DNA of 63,206 nucleotides, filler included, from Diploschistes diacapsis (taxonomy: Eukaryota), in assembly GCA_023645945.1 (NCBI GenBank). It is 15 parts of 15 records of this genome, joined end to end, with 100 filler letters (N's around TTAATTAATTAA, not from the genome) between each part and the next. Parts side by side here need not be neighbours in the genome. Positions count along the whole stretch, not along the records: positions 1 to 25,312 come from JALAIB010000213.1; positions 25,413 to 28,030 come from JALAIB010002135.1; positions 28,131 to 30,748 come from JALAIB010002136.1; positions 30,849 to 33,463 come from JALAIB010002137.1; positions 33,564 to 36,178 come from JALAIB010002138.1; positions 36,279 to 38,890 come from JALAIB010002139.1; 9 more parts are not named here. The stretch is one strand, 5' to 3'. The notes below the pieces were generated by a model. That model searched no databases. It saw only the letters and a program-made list of their open reading frames with translations, and was not told where the DNA came from. This document shows, piece by piece, positions 24,964-36,698 of the stretch. The translations under genes and the position numbers were made by a program. Within the stretch, counting starts at the first letter, position 1; every line of letters begins with the position of its first letter.

Positions 24964-25312
24964 CAGTACTAGGCCAAAAGTAGTTAGGTACACCATAAGC
25001 GGCAGTAAATAAACAGTCCAACTCTTACTATTATTCTTACAACTATGTCACCCCAACGCCGTTTGAAGCCATTCGAGCGCTTTAAGCTCCTCGGCGCTCT
25101 CTACAGCGGCAATACTTTTAAAGATACCGCCTAAAAGCTTAATATTACCTGTTCTACAGCCCAATATACGAAAGCAAAAGCTTTAGAACGCGACGATAAA
25201 CAATATAACCTTTATCGCTCAAGACGACCCCGAATTATTATTTAAAATTAAAAAAAATAGGCTCTGTCGACGCACTAAACGGGAATTAAATATATAATAA
25301 TATGAATTACTT
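24964..25312 (+). mobile_element. Tc1/mariner transposon 5' end (TIR plus decayed transposase N-terminus), cut by contig end
   Basis: TA followed by CAGTACTAGGCCAAAAG, a Tc1-like terminus. ATG at 25045 gives MSPQRRLKPFER...RSRRPR (GRPR-like motif) with stops; sharp shift to AT-rich sequence. Confidence 0.7.
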
Positions 25313-25412
25313 NNNNNNNNNNNNNNNNNNNNNNNNNNNNNNNNNNNNNNNNNNNNTTAATTAATTAANNNNNNNNNNNNNNNNNNNNNNNNNNNNNNNN
25401 NNNNNNNNNNNN
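25313..25412. other. Artificial contig linker (first of 14; others start at 28031, 30749, 33464, 36179, 38891, 41602, 44310, 47017, 49721, 52425, 55127, 57824, 60520)
   Basis: Identical 100-nt blocks of 44 N + TTAATTAATTAA (stops in all six frames) + 44 N. Confidence 0.99.
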
Positions 25413-28130
25413 CCCCAACTGAGCCACAGACACAGATACAGATAGATACAATAAAACGTACTTTTCTACTTTTAGATACTTGTAGTAGTTAGCCCCTGAC
25501 ACTACAACGTACGATCATTGTGCCAATCTCCTTTTGCCAATCTCCTTGCACAGATAATCTGCGCCGGTGCTCACGGATCGAGTCCGGGAATAACATGGCT
25601 TGTTCGAGCGTTTCAGGTAGAAGATCCCTTCATTTCTCAAAGCTTGGCAGTCATTTAAATAAATTTTAAATCCCCTCCCCGACTTATCGAGTTCCCATCC
25701 AATAGCATATCAGGAATTCGGAAAAGACCGCTGTGAGTGGTGGATCGTTCAAAGTGCTGCATTCCACAGTTTCAGGCTATTTACGCTTCGGGAAGCAGCT
25801 GCTCCTCACATCATCCAGCTTATGCTCCTTGCATGCCTCTCTCCAGCAAAGGCCTTCCCAATCCGTGCAAGCTTGATACATATCGAGGAAAAGGGCGCAC
25901 ACAAACCTCTGTCCGGTGTCCGCCGTCGTAACATTCTTCCTCCTTTCTTCGTCCCCTAAAAGACCCTCGCAGCAATTTCTCAGTGGCGGCGCAACTTACG
26001 CCGTAATCGGGTGTAAGCTGACCAATGGACATTCCTCCTACCTTTTAACCATATTGAAAGCTCTAGCTCAAGCGTTGAGATTGGTGATACAGGACATGCA
26101 TCTCTGACTTCCTGCAGCAGCAACAGCAGCAGCAAGCGCGCCTAACAAAATGTGAAGGCTGACCATTGAATTCTTGGGCTTGACGCAGAGGACGCTGCAC
26201 GGTGATATTGCTTCGTGGTGAACCTGGTCTTACTTATGCCTCGGTTGTTGGTTGATCGAGCCCTCAAAATGTCTCTGTCCCAATCAATTATCGACTATAA
26301 GCGAGGTGAAATCGGGACCCTGGTCATGAATCAATTGACCGTGCGAGTTATTATGTCCACGTAGATCTACACCCGATGGACATGAGCGACTAAAAGAACT
26401 GCTTTAACGCTCGTATCGTTCGCTGCTGCAACGTTTGATCGAGCCGCGCATCCTTAGTGCTGGCTGACAGAGAGATTCCCAGATAAGAGAAGCTCCCGAT
26501 AGAGTTCACGATGCTTGCCAGCGGTCGCAAGGCCCTTGTCGTCGCCTACAAACCTTAGGCATGTCAAACCGAGCTCTTTCCCATGATGTATTGGGCATGT
26601 GGATTGTTTTGACGTAGTAGTTACAAGGTTGGAGTGATCAGCAAAGCCACACGAAGTGAGCGACAAAACTCTAACCCGAATGCTTCAGCCACTCTAGCCA
26701 CTGCACAGAACTGGCAGAAACTCTAATACTCTCTACCGGATCCTCCACAGAGCAGGTCGACACGACTGCACCCTTTGCTTTGGACGATCATTTCCCTATG
26801 GAATAGCAGTGCATATTACTTGCTGCTGCCATGCGAAGCAAATGGTCAATGGCGATAGGAAGCTTTTCTCCCCATTTTTTCTACCTTGTAATTGGTTGGA
26901 CAGGCGAGAGCGTCCCCGTAACTCGGTCCGGCTCGCCGTCGCAAGGCTTGGCATCTCTGTCGGACTTTCTTTTTTTCTTCCTTTTTTCTCGCTTGTGACG
27001 AAACAGCGAGAATGTCTTCTATTTAGCATTGAGCACTTCCAATCACGGAAACAGTACGACAAATCTCACAAAGGTGCAGCTCCTCACCTCCATGTTGTGT
27101 GATTTAGTCAGTGTCGGGGCGTATCATTCAAACTACATTGTTCCTACGAGGTAAGTTCGGAGTTAATGAATAATTTTACCTAGTATCTTTTGTACGCAAT
27201 TATTGGCTGTAAAACCCCCACTTCGGAAGAAAACGAGCCTACACCGTTGCGTCGAAAGTAGCTAGCCGCTTTAGGATTGGACCAGGTTGCCAAGCCTGGA
27301 GTGAAGAATATTCGGGGGGTGGCAGCAGCGGGAGTCGAACCCACGACCCAAAAGGTCTGCCAGCAGCCGTCTTGCCGTCCAGAGTTAATATGCGCAACCT
27401 AACTACAATCTTGTGCAGGGTGTTTAATCCCCTACAATATTTGATAGCCATGCCCAGCAGTGCTTCGAGCACGACGTGATGCTTAGCTGTGCCTGACATT
27501 CCAGAATCGCGGACCTGGCTCACTAGCCTCGATAGTTCGTACTCATGAGCGGAGGTATGCCGGACCCGCAAGGCTCTGAGACGAGCAGCAAGCATCACCA
27601 AGTCCATAAACCCCCTTGTGGTGAGGATCCCCTGTCTCTCGCCTCCCATCACTTAAGGGCCCTCCCGTTCTTTATATAGCACCGGTAGACATCCTTCCAA
27701 CCCATCTCCCACGACTTGGCCAACGACGACCAAGATCAACTCAACGCCCCTCGTTATACCGCTATGACATCCGCAGTCACAACCATGACCCATACGCAAC
27801 GAGAATCATCCAGATCCTCGACTCGACGTGCCTCTACATCTCCGTCCCTGCCTCTCTTCAAGCGTCACCCTCCACTTCCTCGCCAGCACCCCATTCTACG
27901 AGCCCGAAGCGATCCGGTGCACTGTTTGGTAGGCACCAAAAACCAATCATTTGGTACCCAACCATATAAATGATATCCATAAATGCACTTGTGTCGCCCC
28001 TTGGTCCAGACAAACCACCAGACTTAAGGGNNNNNNNNNNNNNNNNNNNNNNNNNNNNNNNNNNNNNNNNNNNNTTAATTAATTAANNNNNNNNNNNNNN
28101 NNNNNNNNNNNNNNNNNNNNNNNNNNNNNN

Positions 28131-28955
28131 ACTTATAATTAATATTTTAATAATAATACAAAAAATAATCTTTTACGATAAAAACGAAAGTAATCGAATG
28201 GTTCAATAACGGTTCAACTGAACTTCGATAATTATCAAGTAAACGAGTAAATTCAACGGCGGTACAATTAAAGATCGATGATTAACGAAGGAATCGAATA
28301 AGTCCAATAACGAAAATAACGACTCAACTAGATTTCGAAAATTAATAAAATAATTAATAAGATTTAGTATAATTTAACTAAACTTCGATATTATCGAGAA
28401 AAAAAGGACTCAAAGGTTTTTCGTTAATTTAACAAATAATAAATCCGGGAACCAAATACTGCTTATTTAGACCTATCTTTAGCCAGCGTAATAAAATCCC
28501 GCGATCTTTTATAATAATATACCTTCTATTTTTAAATCTGCCCACCCTAAAATTTTATAATTCAGATCCTAAACTTTCGAATCTCTTCGATATAAACCTT
28601 CTAAATAAGACCAACGTATTCAATCCCGCGTTCATAACCGTTCCAACTACCGAGAAGACTTATCTCCAATAATCAAAAACGAAGTAATTCGAATAAACTA
28701 ACCCGGGCTCATAACCTATTTAATAACGTAATAAATATATTAAAGTCTAAAGATCTTATCCTAAAAAGTATCCTACTATACAGACTTTTATCCTCGCGGG
28801 ATACGCTAAACCCTACTTCCTACACTATTCCTTAATCGGTCTAGTTAGGATTCCAGGAAGTTCAGCTAAACTAAACCTCGGAGTTCGGCTAAACTGAACC
28901 TCCTTCTAGAACTCAGTCGAACTCCCAGCCATACCTTCTGCCTGTCTACTCAACA
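28131..28955 (-). mobile_element. Copia-type LTR element 5' part: LTR ~28717-28955, PBS, degenerate internal region
   Basis: LTR starts TGTTGAGTAGACAGG and is followed by GGTTATGAGCCC, a copia-type PBS. Homologous to 37100-38099. Confidence 0.75.
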
Positions 28956-29000
28956 AAATCTATAGCTTCTAAGGAAGATTTTAATAATTAATATAGTAAA

Positions 29001-29592
29001 TAGGCTGGCCGTCACAGACACTGACACGGCCGTGTCAGTGACACGGACACTGACAGTGTCAGTATCCGTATTTTAGATTTTTTAGCTACAGTGTCCGTGT
29101 CCGTGGATTTACGGAAATACAGTATCCGTGTCAGTATCAATATTTTAAAATTTTTAATTATAATGTCCGTGTCCGTGCTTTTATTATAATATAATGTCCG
29201 TGTTAATGTCCGTATCGAAATTTTTTTTATTACGGTGTCCGTGTCCGTGCATTTAACGAAATTTTTTTAAATATTTTTTTAATTTTAATAAATCTGGAAT
29301 TATCACGTCTATTTTTTACGCTTTTATTTTTTTAAAAAAATTTCATCGCGGTGTTTCGGTGGATTTATCGTAATATTTCGATAAATTTACTATAATATAA
29401 TATCCGTATTAATATTAATGTTTTAAAAACTTTAATTATAATGTCCGTATCCGTGCTTTTATTATAATACAATATCCGTGTTAGTGTCCGTGTTTTAAAA
29501 TTCTAGCTATAGTATCCGTGTCAGTGTCCGTGTTTTGAAATTTTTTGCTGTAGTGTCCGTGTCAGTGACCGTGGCACGAAACGGCCAGCCTA
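29001..29592 (+). mobile_element. Non-autonomous TIR element (MITE-like) with internal ~30-nt periodic repeats
   Basis: Perfect 12-bp TIR TAGGCTGGCCGT...ACGGCCAGCCTA; recurring GTGTCCGTGTC(C/A)GTG motif; related copies at 36420-36698 and 43827-44210. Confidence 0.8.
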
Positions 29593-30413
29593 AAATAAAG
29601 TATTAGACGGTTATTAAACCTAAACGTTAACACCTAAATTTTAAATTCGCTAATTATAGATTTAGGGAAGGCACGACGATTTAGAAGATATGGACATATT
29701 TAATCAAACTTTCGAAGAATTATCGTATAAACGAATAAAATATGTCATAAAGGTTTTTTTTCATATTACTTATAATACTATCTTTTAATTACGTAGTCAT
29801 TGTCGACGCTATCGATACGTAAATTAATGGTGTTTTATCCGTTAATATCGATTACGATAAATAATTTAAAAGGCTATCCGATAAATAGGAGAACCTGATA
29901 GAAGAAATTATAATATATTTCTTTCGTTAAGGGTTATCTCGTACTTAAAGGACGATCTAACGAAAAGCGACGCCGCCGTATTAGCCCAAAAGGCTTACCT
30001 AAAGGATGTTTATTTTATAATAATGATGATTATTTCGCGTTATAATGCAAGCTTGTCAAAGAGTTCAGAAAAATGATTATCACAGCAAAAAATAAGAAAC
30101 GGGAGAAAATCCCGAGATATCGACAGCAAGCAAAAAGGCAAGAATAAACGCGCTTATAATGTAAAAAGTTTAAATAATGAGAGTTTAGGAACCGATACTG
30201 AACCTGAACCTAAACCTGAATATTAATTATAACTGATTAGTTTATCTATCTAGATGTTTGATTTTTATTCGAAGACGACGAATCGAAATCAGGAGAAAAA
30301 TAATCTATTTAGATCACCTTACGCTACGCTGGAAAGATCAGGTTCCGATAATTTGTATTTAGGATATATTATGGACGTCCCTGAACTAAAAGCAATCGCT
30401 TATCGAGACAGGA

Positions 30414-30748
30414 TGTTACGATCCAAGTAACTAGGTGATAGTCCACTTGTTATGATCTCTATCTCTACAAGGTAGACACGAGGTATTGATTAAGGTGGGT
30501 TTGGTCTCTATTAGAAGAGGAGTATAGGAAAAAGAAGAAATAGATCGGTTATAAATCTGTACTGATCTCTAAAAAGATTACTTTCTCTTAATAGAAGGAA
30601 ACGAATATAAATTGATTTTAAACAATCACTTAAGATATTTATAAAAATGAACACGCCTCGATTTATAAAAGCTATAACGGTATTCTTGTATAATTAATTA
30701 ATTTTTAGCGAAATAAATTAATAAATAAATAGAATTACCGTTCTCCCG
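30414..30748. mobile_element. Nested gypsy family-A LTRs: + copy from 30414 interrupted at 30448 by an inverted copy
   Basis: TGTTACGATCCAAG at 30414, then TGTTATGATCTCTATCTC (reverse complement of the LTR 3' end) at 30448. Confidence 0.8.
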
Positions 30749-30848
30749 NNNNNNNNNNNNNNNNNNNNNNNNNNNNNNNNNNNNNNNNNNNNTTAATTAA
30801 TTAANNNNNNNNNNNNNNNNNNNNNNNNNNNNNNNNNNNNNNNNNNNN

Positions 30849-32772
30849 CCCCGGCGGGCCTCGCATCCTCCATCAGCACCCTCGGCGCGTCGCTCACCAC
30901 CGTGACCCTCAGATCCGCCGGCTTCGGCCTGTAGTGCCAGCTGCTCAGCGCGTCCAGCTTCCCGCTGACTTCGCGCCACAGCCGCTCGACCTCCTCGTGC
31001 GCCGCCCTGAGCCGCGCGTCGCGTCTGTCCACGTAGTGCGGGTCCGTCTCGCGTACGTGCTCCTCCGCGTAGATCTCCGCTAGGCCGCGCTCGTCCCGGG
31101 CGTCTGAGATCTCGACCAGGCCGCGCCGCCTGTTGGCAGTGCCGGCCAGTAGGTCGTCGCCTGCGCCGGGCCGGCGCCGCGGGACCTCGTCGAACTGGCG
31201 GGCCAGGATGCGCGTCTTGATCAGCTCCTCGAGCGAGGAGGTGGTGGCGGCGGTGACGAGCGGGACGGGCTTGCCGGCGCGCTCGAAGTCCAGGTCTTCT
31301 TCCAGCAGGCTGTTCAGCGGCCGGTCGGCGGCGCGCGCTTCGCCGGAGAGCGTCCATTGGCGCTTGGCGACGGCCGAGGCTTCGAGTTGGCGGATCTGCT
31401 GCGCGAGGGCGAGTTGGCGGCGCTCGTGGGAGGAAAGGGTCCGGGTCCCGTTGCTGGTCGGGGCTGTGGGGTCGGAGGGGTCGAGGTCGGATGCGTCGGA
31501 GGGGTTGCTGAGGGAGTCGTCGGAGAAGATATCGCGGTGCACGGCTGAGATGGTGCGGTTGAGGTCTTCTTCTGTTGGTAACGCGTCTGGCGCGGCGGAG
31601 GTGGTAGGCTGGGCTTTGGATGGAGTGTGGCGACGGGAGGTTTTTGATTTGGCTTTGGCCGGCGGAGCGAAGAAGTCGCCGTAGTAGATTTCGTTGGCGT
31701 TGTTGGTGGAGTCATCCATTGGTAAGTCTTCGTCGTCTTCGGCTTCGGAGCCAGAAGACCAGGGCGCGTTGAGGTCAGCGTTGCCGAAGGTCGGCCCGTC
31801 TTCTTCTGACGACTGCGGCGAGAAAGCGCGGGCTTGAGCTCTCTTGGAAGTACCTGGCACAGAGGTGATTCGCTGGGCCAATGGGTCAGTGTCCCAGTCT
31901 ACATCTTCCTCGTCACTGGCGGCGCCATCGTCGGGATCCCCTCGCGCATCCTGTTGCTCGAGAAAGTCAGTGTCTCGGTTGAAGTCGTCTATGGAGAAAA
32001 AGCCGTCGTTGAGGCCGTTCTTGTCCTTGACGAAAGTTGAAGAATTTGCTGAGTTGCTTTCAGCAAAGTCCTCACCGTCCTCGTCCATCGCCTCGATATC
32101 GTCGAGCTCTTCTTCACCGATACTGTCGACAACGCTACCAGATGACTCTTCTTCGCCATTAACGAGATCATCATTCTCCAGGCCCTCTTCTACCAACTTT
32201 TCCTCCGCTGGATCCTCACTTTCAGCGTCCGAATCGTTCGGTCTATCGATTTCCGCTTGAGAGTCTGTTTCAGACGCAGCATCCGCAAAGCGCACTGTCT
32301 TTACAGGCCGATGAGTACCACTTGTAACTGCGGGAGCGGCGCGCAGTACCAAATTCCGGCCGTTCTCAGCAGGCAAAGAGCTCTCCACTTCCTTGCAGCT
32401 GGCATCAAGAACTCGCCTAGCCTGTTCCCATACCTGTTCTAAGCTTAAGCCTTCCATGTGAACTTGTTTTAGACGCAGCACGCTGTCGGAGTTGGGTCCA
32501 CCATCGTCACCCCTCTTCCTCTTCCGTCGTGCAGCTTGAAGTTTAACATGCTGGACCTCGCTAACGGAGGTTGCTAAAGGGTCAAGATAGCGCTTAGCAA
32601 GGACAAGGGCAGCAGTATGCAGGGTAGAAGGTGCCTTAAGAAACGTATGGGCGGAAGCGGAGAGAGTGGTAGTTATGAGCTCGTCGGAAGTTGGTGCCAT
32701 TTCCATGGCATTAGGATGCATCTGCGGAAGCTCTGCACTGAGAGCAGAAGATGATACAAGAGCTGCTGCCAT
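30849..32772 (-). CDS. MPP10: U3 snoRNP protein Mpp10 (3' truncated; start codon uncertain among several Mets)
   Basis: EQVWEQARR, GLNDGFFSIDDFN, YGDFFAPP, SSHERRQ, WTLSGEARAADRPLNSLLEEDLDFER, LDALSSWHYRPKP. Confidence 0.93.
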
Positions 32773-34082
32773 TTCTGATCAGGCGTTCCCGGTGTTAAGG
32801 GAGGCTAAGAGAAGCTCTGAAGGGTGAGATTGTGCTGCAGCAGAATATGGCGATGTCCTACTTATATTGAGCTGAGATAGAAGCACAGCAGTATGCTCGG
32901 GAAAGACTTTAAGGTTGGGGGAATGCTCAGGGTATTGAAAATGTTACTCTCTATGTCCCCCTTGTCGGACGCTTGAGTCGAAGAAATTTTTACAACCTCA
33001 ATTCTCATATACTATATAAACTCAAGATTGCCTTTAATCAAGAAAAGGCTTGTAGAGTCGTTACTCTTGTCATGCCATTTTCTTTTCTCCCTCCCGGCCG
33101 TTAAACTTTGTTGAAATTTTGGTATGTGCTATTCTGCCTACTGTAAAATTGTATAACATATTTGGTGGCGCCCTAGTGATGCATTCTATCTAGCTCGCTG
33201 TGGTTCTGTCAGGTACCTAGATCTTTATATAGATTATATATAAATATATATCACTTATAAAAATACGTAAAATTATATAAAATTAAATATAAAAAAAATA
33301 TAATTTTATTATTATCGTGTTTATAATAATTTATAAAGTAAGTTATATAACTATAAAAATTATATAATAAAAAAAATAGATATTAAAATATTAAAAAATA
33401 TTTAAAATGTTTTAAAAATAAATTAAAAACGTGCTTTTAGATTTTTTATAATCTTTCTTATACNNNNNNNNNNNNNNNNNNNNNNNNNNNNNNNNNNNNN
33501 NNNNNNNTTAATTAATTAANNNNNNNNNNNNNNNNNNNNNNNNNNNNNNNNNNNNNNNNNNNNATAGGAGGGAGACAAGGAAGAACGGGGTTTGGAGAGG
33601 GAAGAACGGGGGGGGGGTAATCGGAGCGGAACAGTGGGAAGTTTTGGTAAGAGAAGTGGGTTGAGGAGGACGTAGCGGTATAATCCGCAGCAGCAGTCGT
33701 GCAGTGTGAGGGATTTAATGTGGTACTGTGTTGATATGGCGCCACTTAATAGGGAAAGAGAGCGAGGTGAAAGAGATGCGATATAGAGGATGGAGGATTG
33801 GAAAAAGTGTCAGCGTTGAAGCATTGGCGCAGTAGGAGAAGCACCTTCGATCAACTGCCGTTGAAAGAGAAGGAAGACAAAATTTCCATGCATAGGAATA
33901 CCGATTGTAGGGGCCCATTCGCCAGACAAGAAGCCCAAGTGCTGGATTTGGCAGATTTTATACATCTCAACATAGCCGCTCCAGGCAAAAGCAACAATTA
34001 GCGAGCTGCGTGTAAAAGCCCCGCTAGTCCTCCACGTGCCACATTCCACATGGCATACTGCTCACTACAGTACCAATCCTCC

Positions 34083-35344
34083 TTAAAATTGATCCTACAT
34101 CTCGGTCAGTACCCTGCTATCCTCCATACGCAGCAAAGACAAGAAAAATGGCGGACTGGTACAGAACTGACCAGGGTCATGGACATGGAGATATCCGTGC
34201 TCTCCACCATCTTGGTAAACTCCTCGAAGCTGATCTTGCCATCGCGATCCTTGTCCGCCTCCATTATCGTCTTGTCGACAATCTATGGTCCCATGGTTAG
34301 CCCTTGACCCATGAAAAGCACCACTTCGCCGTCGCTCTGAATAGGCCAGCCCTCCCTTCTCCACGTTGTGTCTCCCCTTAATTTCCGACATCCTGCCTTT
34401 CGCTCGGCATCTCCTGAACTGTCGGCCCCTGCTGCTCTCAACGTCTCCTCCCCTCTTCTCTCCCGTACTCCCCTCACGTCCTTTCGCCTCGCACCTTTTC
34501 CCTTCCCCGCGAATCGTCAAAACTCACCTGCTGCAACTGCATATCCTTCAAATTGCTCCCCACCATCATCTTCAGCACAATGAACAGCTCCCCATTGCTA
34601 ATATACCCATCCCTGTCGATATCATACACCTTGAACGCAAACCACAGCTTCTCCTCTTTGTTGCCTTTTGAACTGAATGCGCTCAGGCCGGACACGAATT
34701 CCTGGAAGTCCACGTCGCCGCCGCCGTCTTCGTCGAAGATGGCGATCATTCTGTATGAAATCAGGGTGAGTTGATAAACCGCGAGCGGTAAAGGGGGGGA
34801 GGGTAAGGAGCATGGTGAGCTGATTGTGAATAGTAGGCAAACACAAAGGTGGGCGAGACGTTAACAAGGAGAGCAGGACTCGAGGTGAAGAAACGGACGC
34901 ACGGACCGAGTCGCAAGCGGATTCGTCGAGACCTGCGGCAGAGAGAGAAACTCATCGCGATCGATCGTGCCGGAGTTATCCTATCGAGTCCCAAATATTA
35001 ACCCGACATGCCTTTTTCTCCTTCACTCTGACCACCATCGTTGTCGCGAGCCGCTCAGCTCGACGTAAGAGCAGTACTATTCACAATGCAACAGCTGAAA
35101 GAACCGTAGTAAATACCGCTGCGCACCTTATCCAGCTTCATAAACCGCTTCCGCAATCGATCGACTTCTTCCCTATTAACTGTTCAAGCGAAGAGAAGAA
35201 ACTTCAGTCAGCTTTTCCTATCTTTTCCCGTCTGTATGTACTCGCCAGCTTCCGGGTGGAGAGGGTAGGACGATTCCTCACAATTCGATTCCCTCGCTAT
35301 GTTGTCCAGCGTCGCCACGCTCGAGCTGGACCGGGCGCGCGCAT
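34083..35344 (-). CDS. CNB1: Calcineurin regulatory subunit B, 6 exons
   Basis: [70 protein letters not shown]...[16 protein letters not shown]...|[22 protein letters not shown]...MSMTL|DQF*. Four EF-hands. The nearest ATG is out of frame (see findings). Confidence 0.93.
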
Positions 35345-36419
35345 CGTGAAAAGAATTGGAAGACGCCAGGATTGCGGTTCGTTGAGTTTGTGGAGAGAGG
35401 AAGGAAGGAGGGGTGGGTGTGGCGCGGAGCAGAGGGGAGAAGAGGGAGGGAGAGGCGGGGAGGAGGAAGAGAGAGAAGTGTAGGGGTTCCGCGCAGAGAG
35501 TTGCTGAAGACCGGTGGATGAAAAGAAGCAGGATGTGTTACGTAGAGGCAAAGATGGTCTTGATAAATTCAAAGGTGCCTTGACTAGATACATCAGCCGG
35601 GTATTGCGTGGTTTTGGCAGCTTTCCGGACCTAACCAGAAGCGTCTCTAGGGCCATCAGAATCAGACAATCAGATCTAGCATAAGGCTGATTGTCCCCAT
35701 AAGCCCCCAGTTAGAGTTCCAAAGTGCATGATATGATATCTTCCCGCAGGCTTCAGCCTGGCAGGGTAGCTGCCCACGACCGGAAACAAAAGAGCAAAGA
35801 GAAAAAGAGCAATAGGCGGTTAGCCAGCACGTATTGCTCGCCCTTGATTATGCCAGCCCGATCCTGATTACAGCTTTCGAATTGTTGCGCTTCGTAGGGA
35901 AAGAGAGAAAAAAGGGTTACGAACCTGTATGTATACTATACTACGGAAAAGAGAGGGCATGTTATGTTACAGAAGGGGTACTCAAAGGTACGAGCTAAGC
36001 TATATTAGGATTAGAAACACGCTATATATACTCTTTACGGAAGTGGAAGTTCACATTTACTATTTACTAGTACGTCGTTTACACAGGTGTGGGTGTGTGG
36101 TTATTGTGTGGTCTGATGTGGTCTGATCTGATCTGACTCCTCCTTCTTTGTGCCATCATGTCCTTTGGGGTATTGCCCNNNNNNNNNNNNNNNNNNNNNN
36201 NNNNNNNNNNNNNNNNNNNNNNTTAATTAATTAANNNNNNNNNNNNNNNNNNNNNNNNNNNNNNNNNNNNNNNNNNNNGGTGCCCTCCTCCCACCTAGAT
36301 AGTTTCTTCTTCAGCTTTTCGAATCGAGACCTTTTACCTGCAGATGCCCAAGCTACACCTAATCCTTCCGGATCAGGCCCAGCCCCCGGTGGAGTAGCAT
36401 CCTTTCCTGCGCTGGCGTT

Positions 36420-36698
36420 ACATGATAATTCTAAAATTATTAAAATTAAAAAAATAATTTAAAATGTTTCGGTAAATACACGGACACGGATACCGTAATA
36501 AAAAATTTTTCGATACGGATACTGACACGGATATTATATTATAATGAAAGCACGGACACGGACATTGTAATTAAAAATTTTAAAATATTGATATTGATAC
36601 GGACACTGTATTTCCGTGAATCCACGGACACGGATACCGCAGCTAAAAAATCTAAAACACGGACACTGACACTGTCAGTGTCAGTGACGGCCAGCCTA
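36420..36698 (-). mobile_element. Partial copy of the TAGGCTGGCCGT TIR element, abutting a copia-type LTR
   Basis: Ends GACGGCCAGCCTA; reverse-complement homology to 29001-29310. Confidence 0.8.

Noticed and set aside
25357..25368. TTAATTAATTAA recurring about every 2.7 kb as a biological periodic motif
   Set aside because: Always centred in identical N blocks; it is an assembly linker.
25413..28030. ORFs 27239-27652 and 27716-27973 and a short CAG run
   Set aside because: No recognisable motif or splice structure; cannot be supported as genes.
29593..30413. Possible Mutator-like transposase relic (LKGRSNEKRRR followed by a Cys-containing stretch)
   Set aside because: Too degenerate to assign by eye; needs a profile search.
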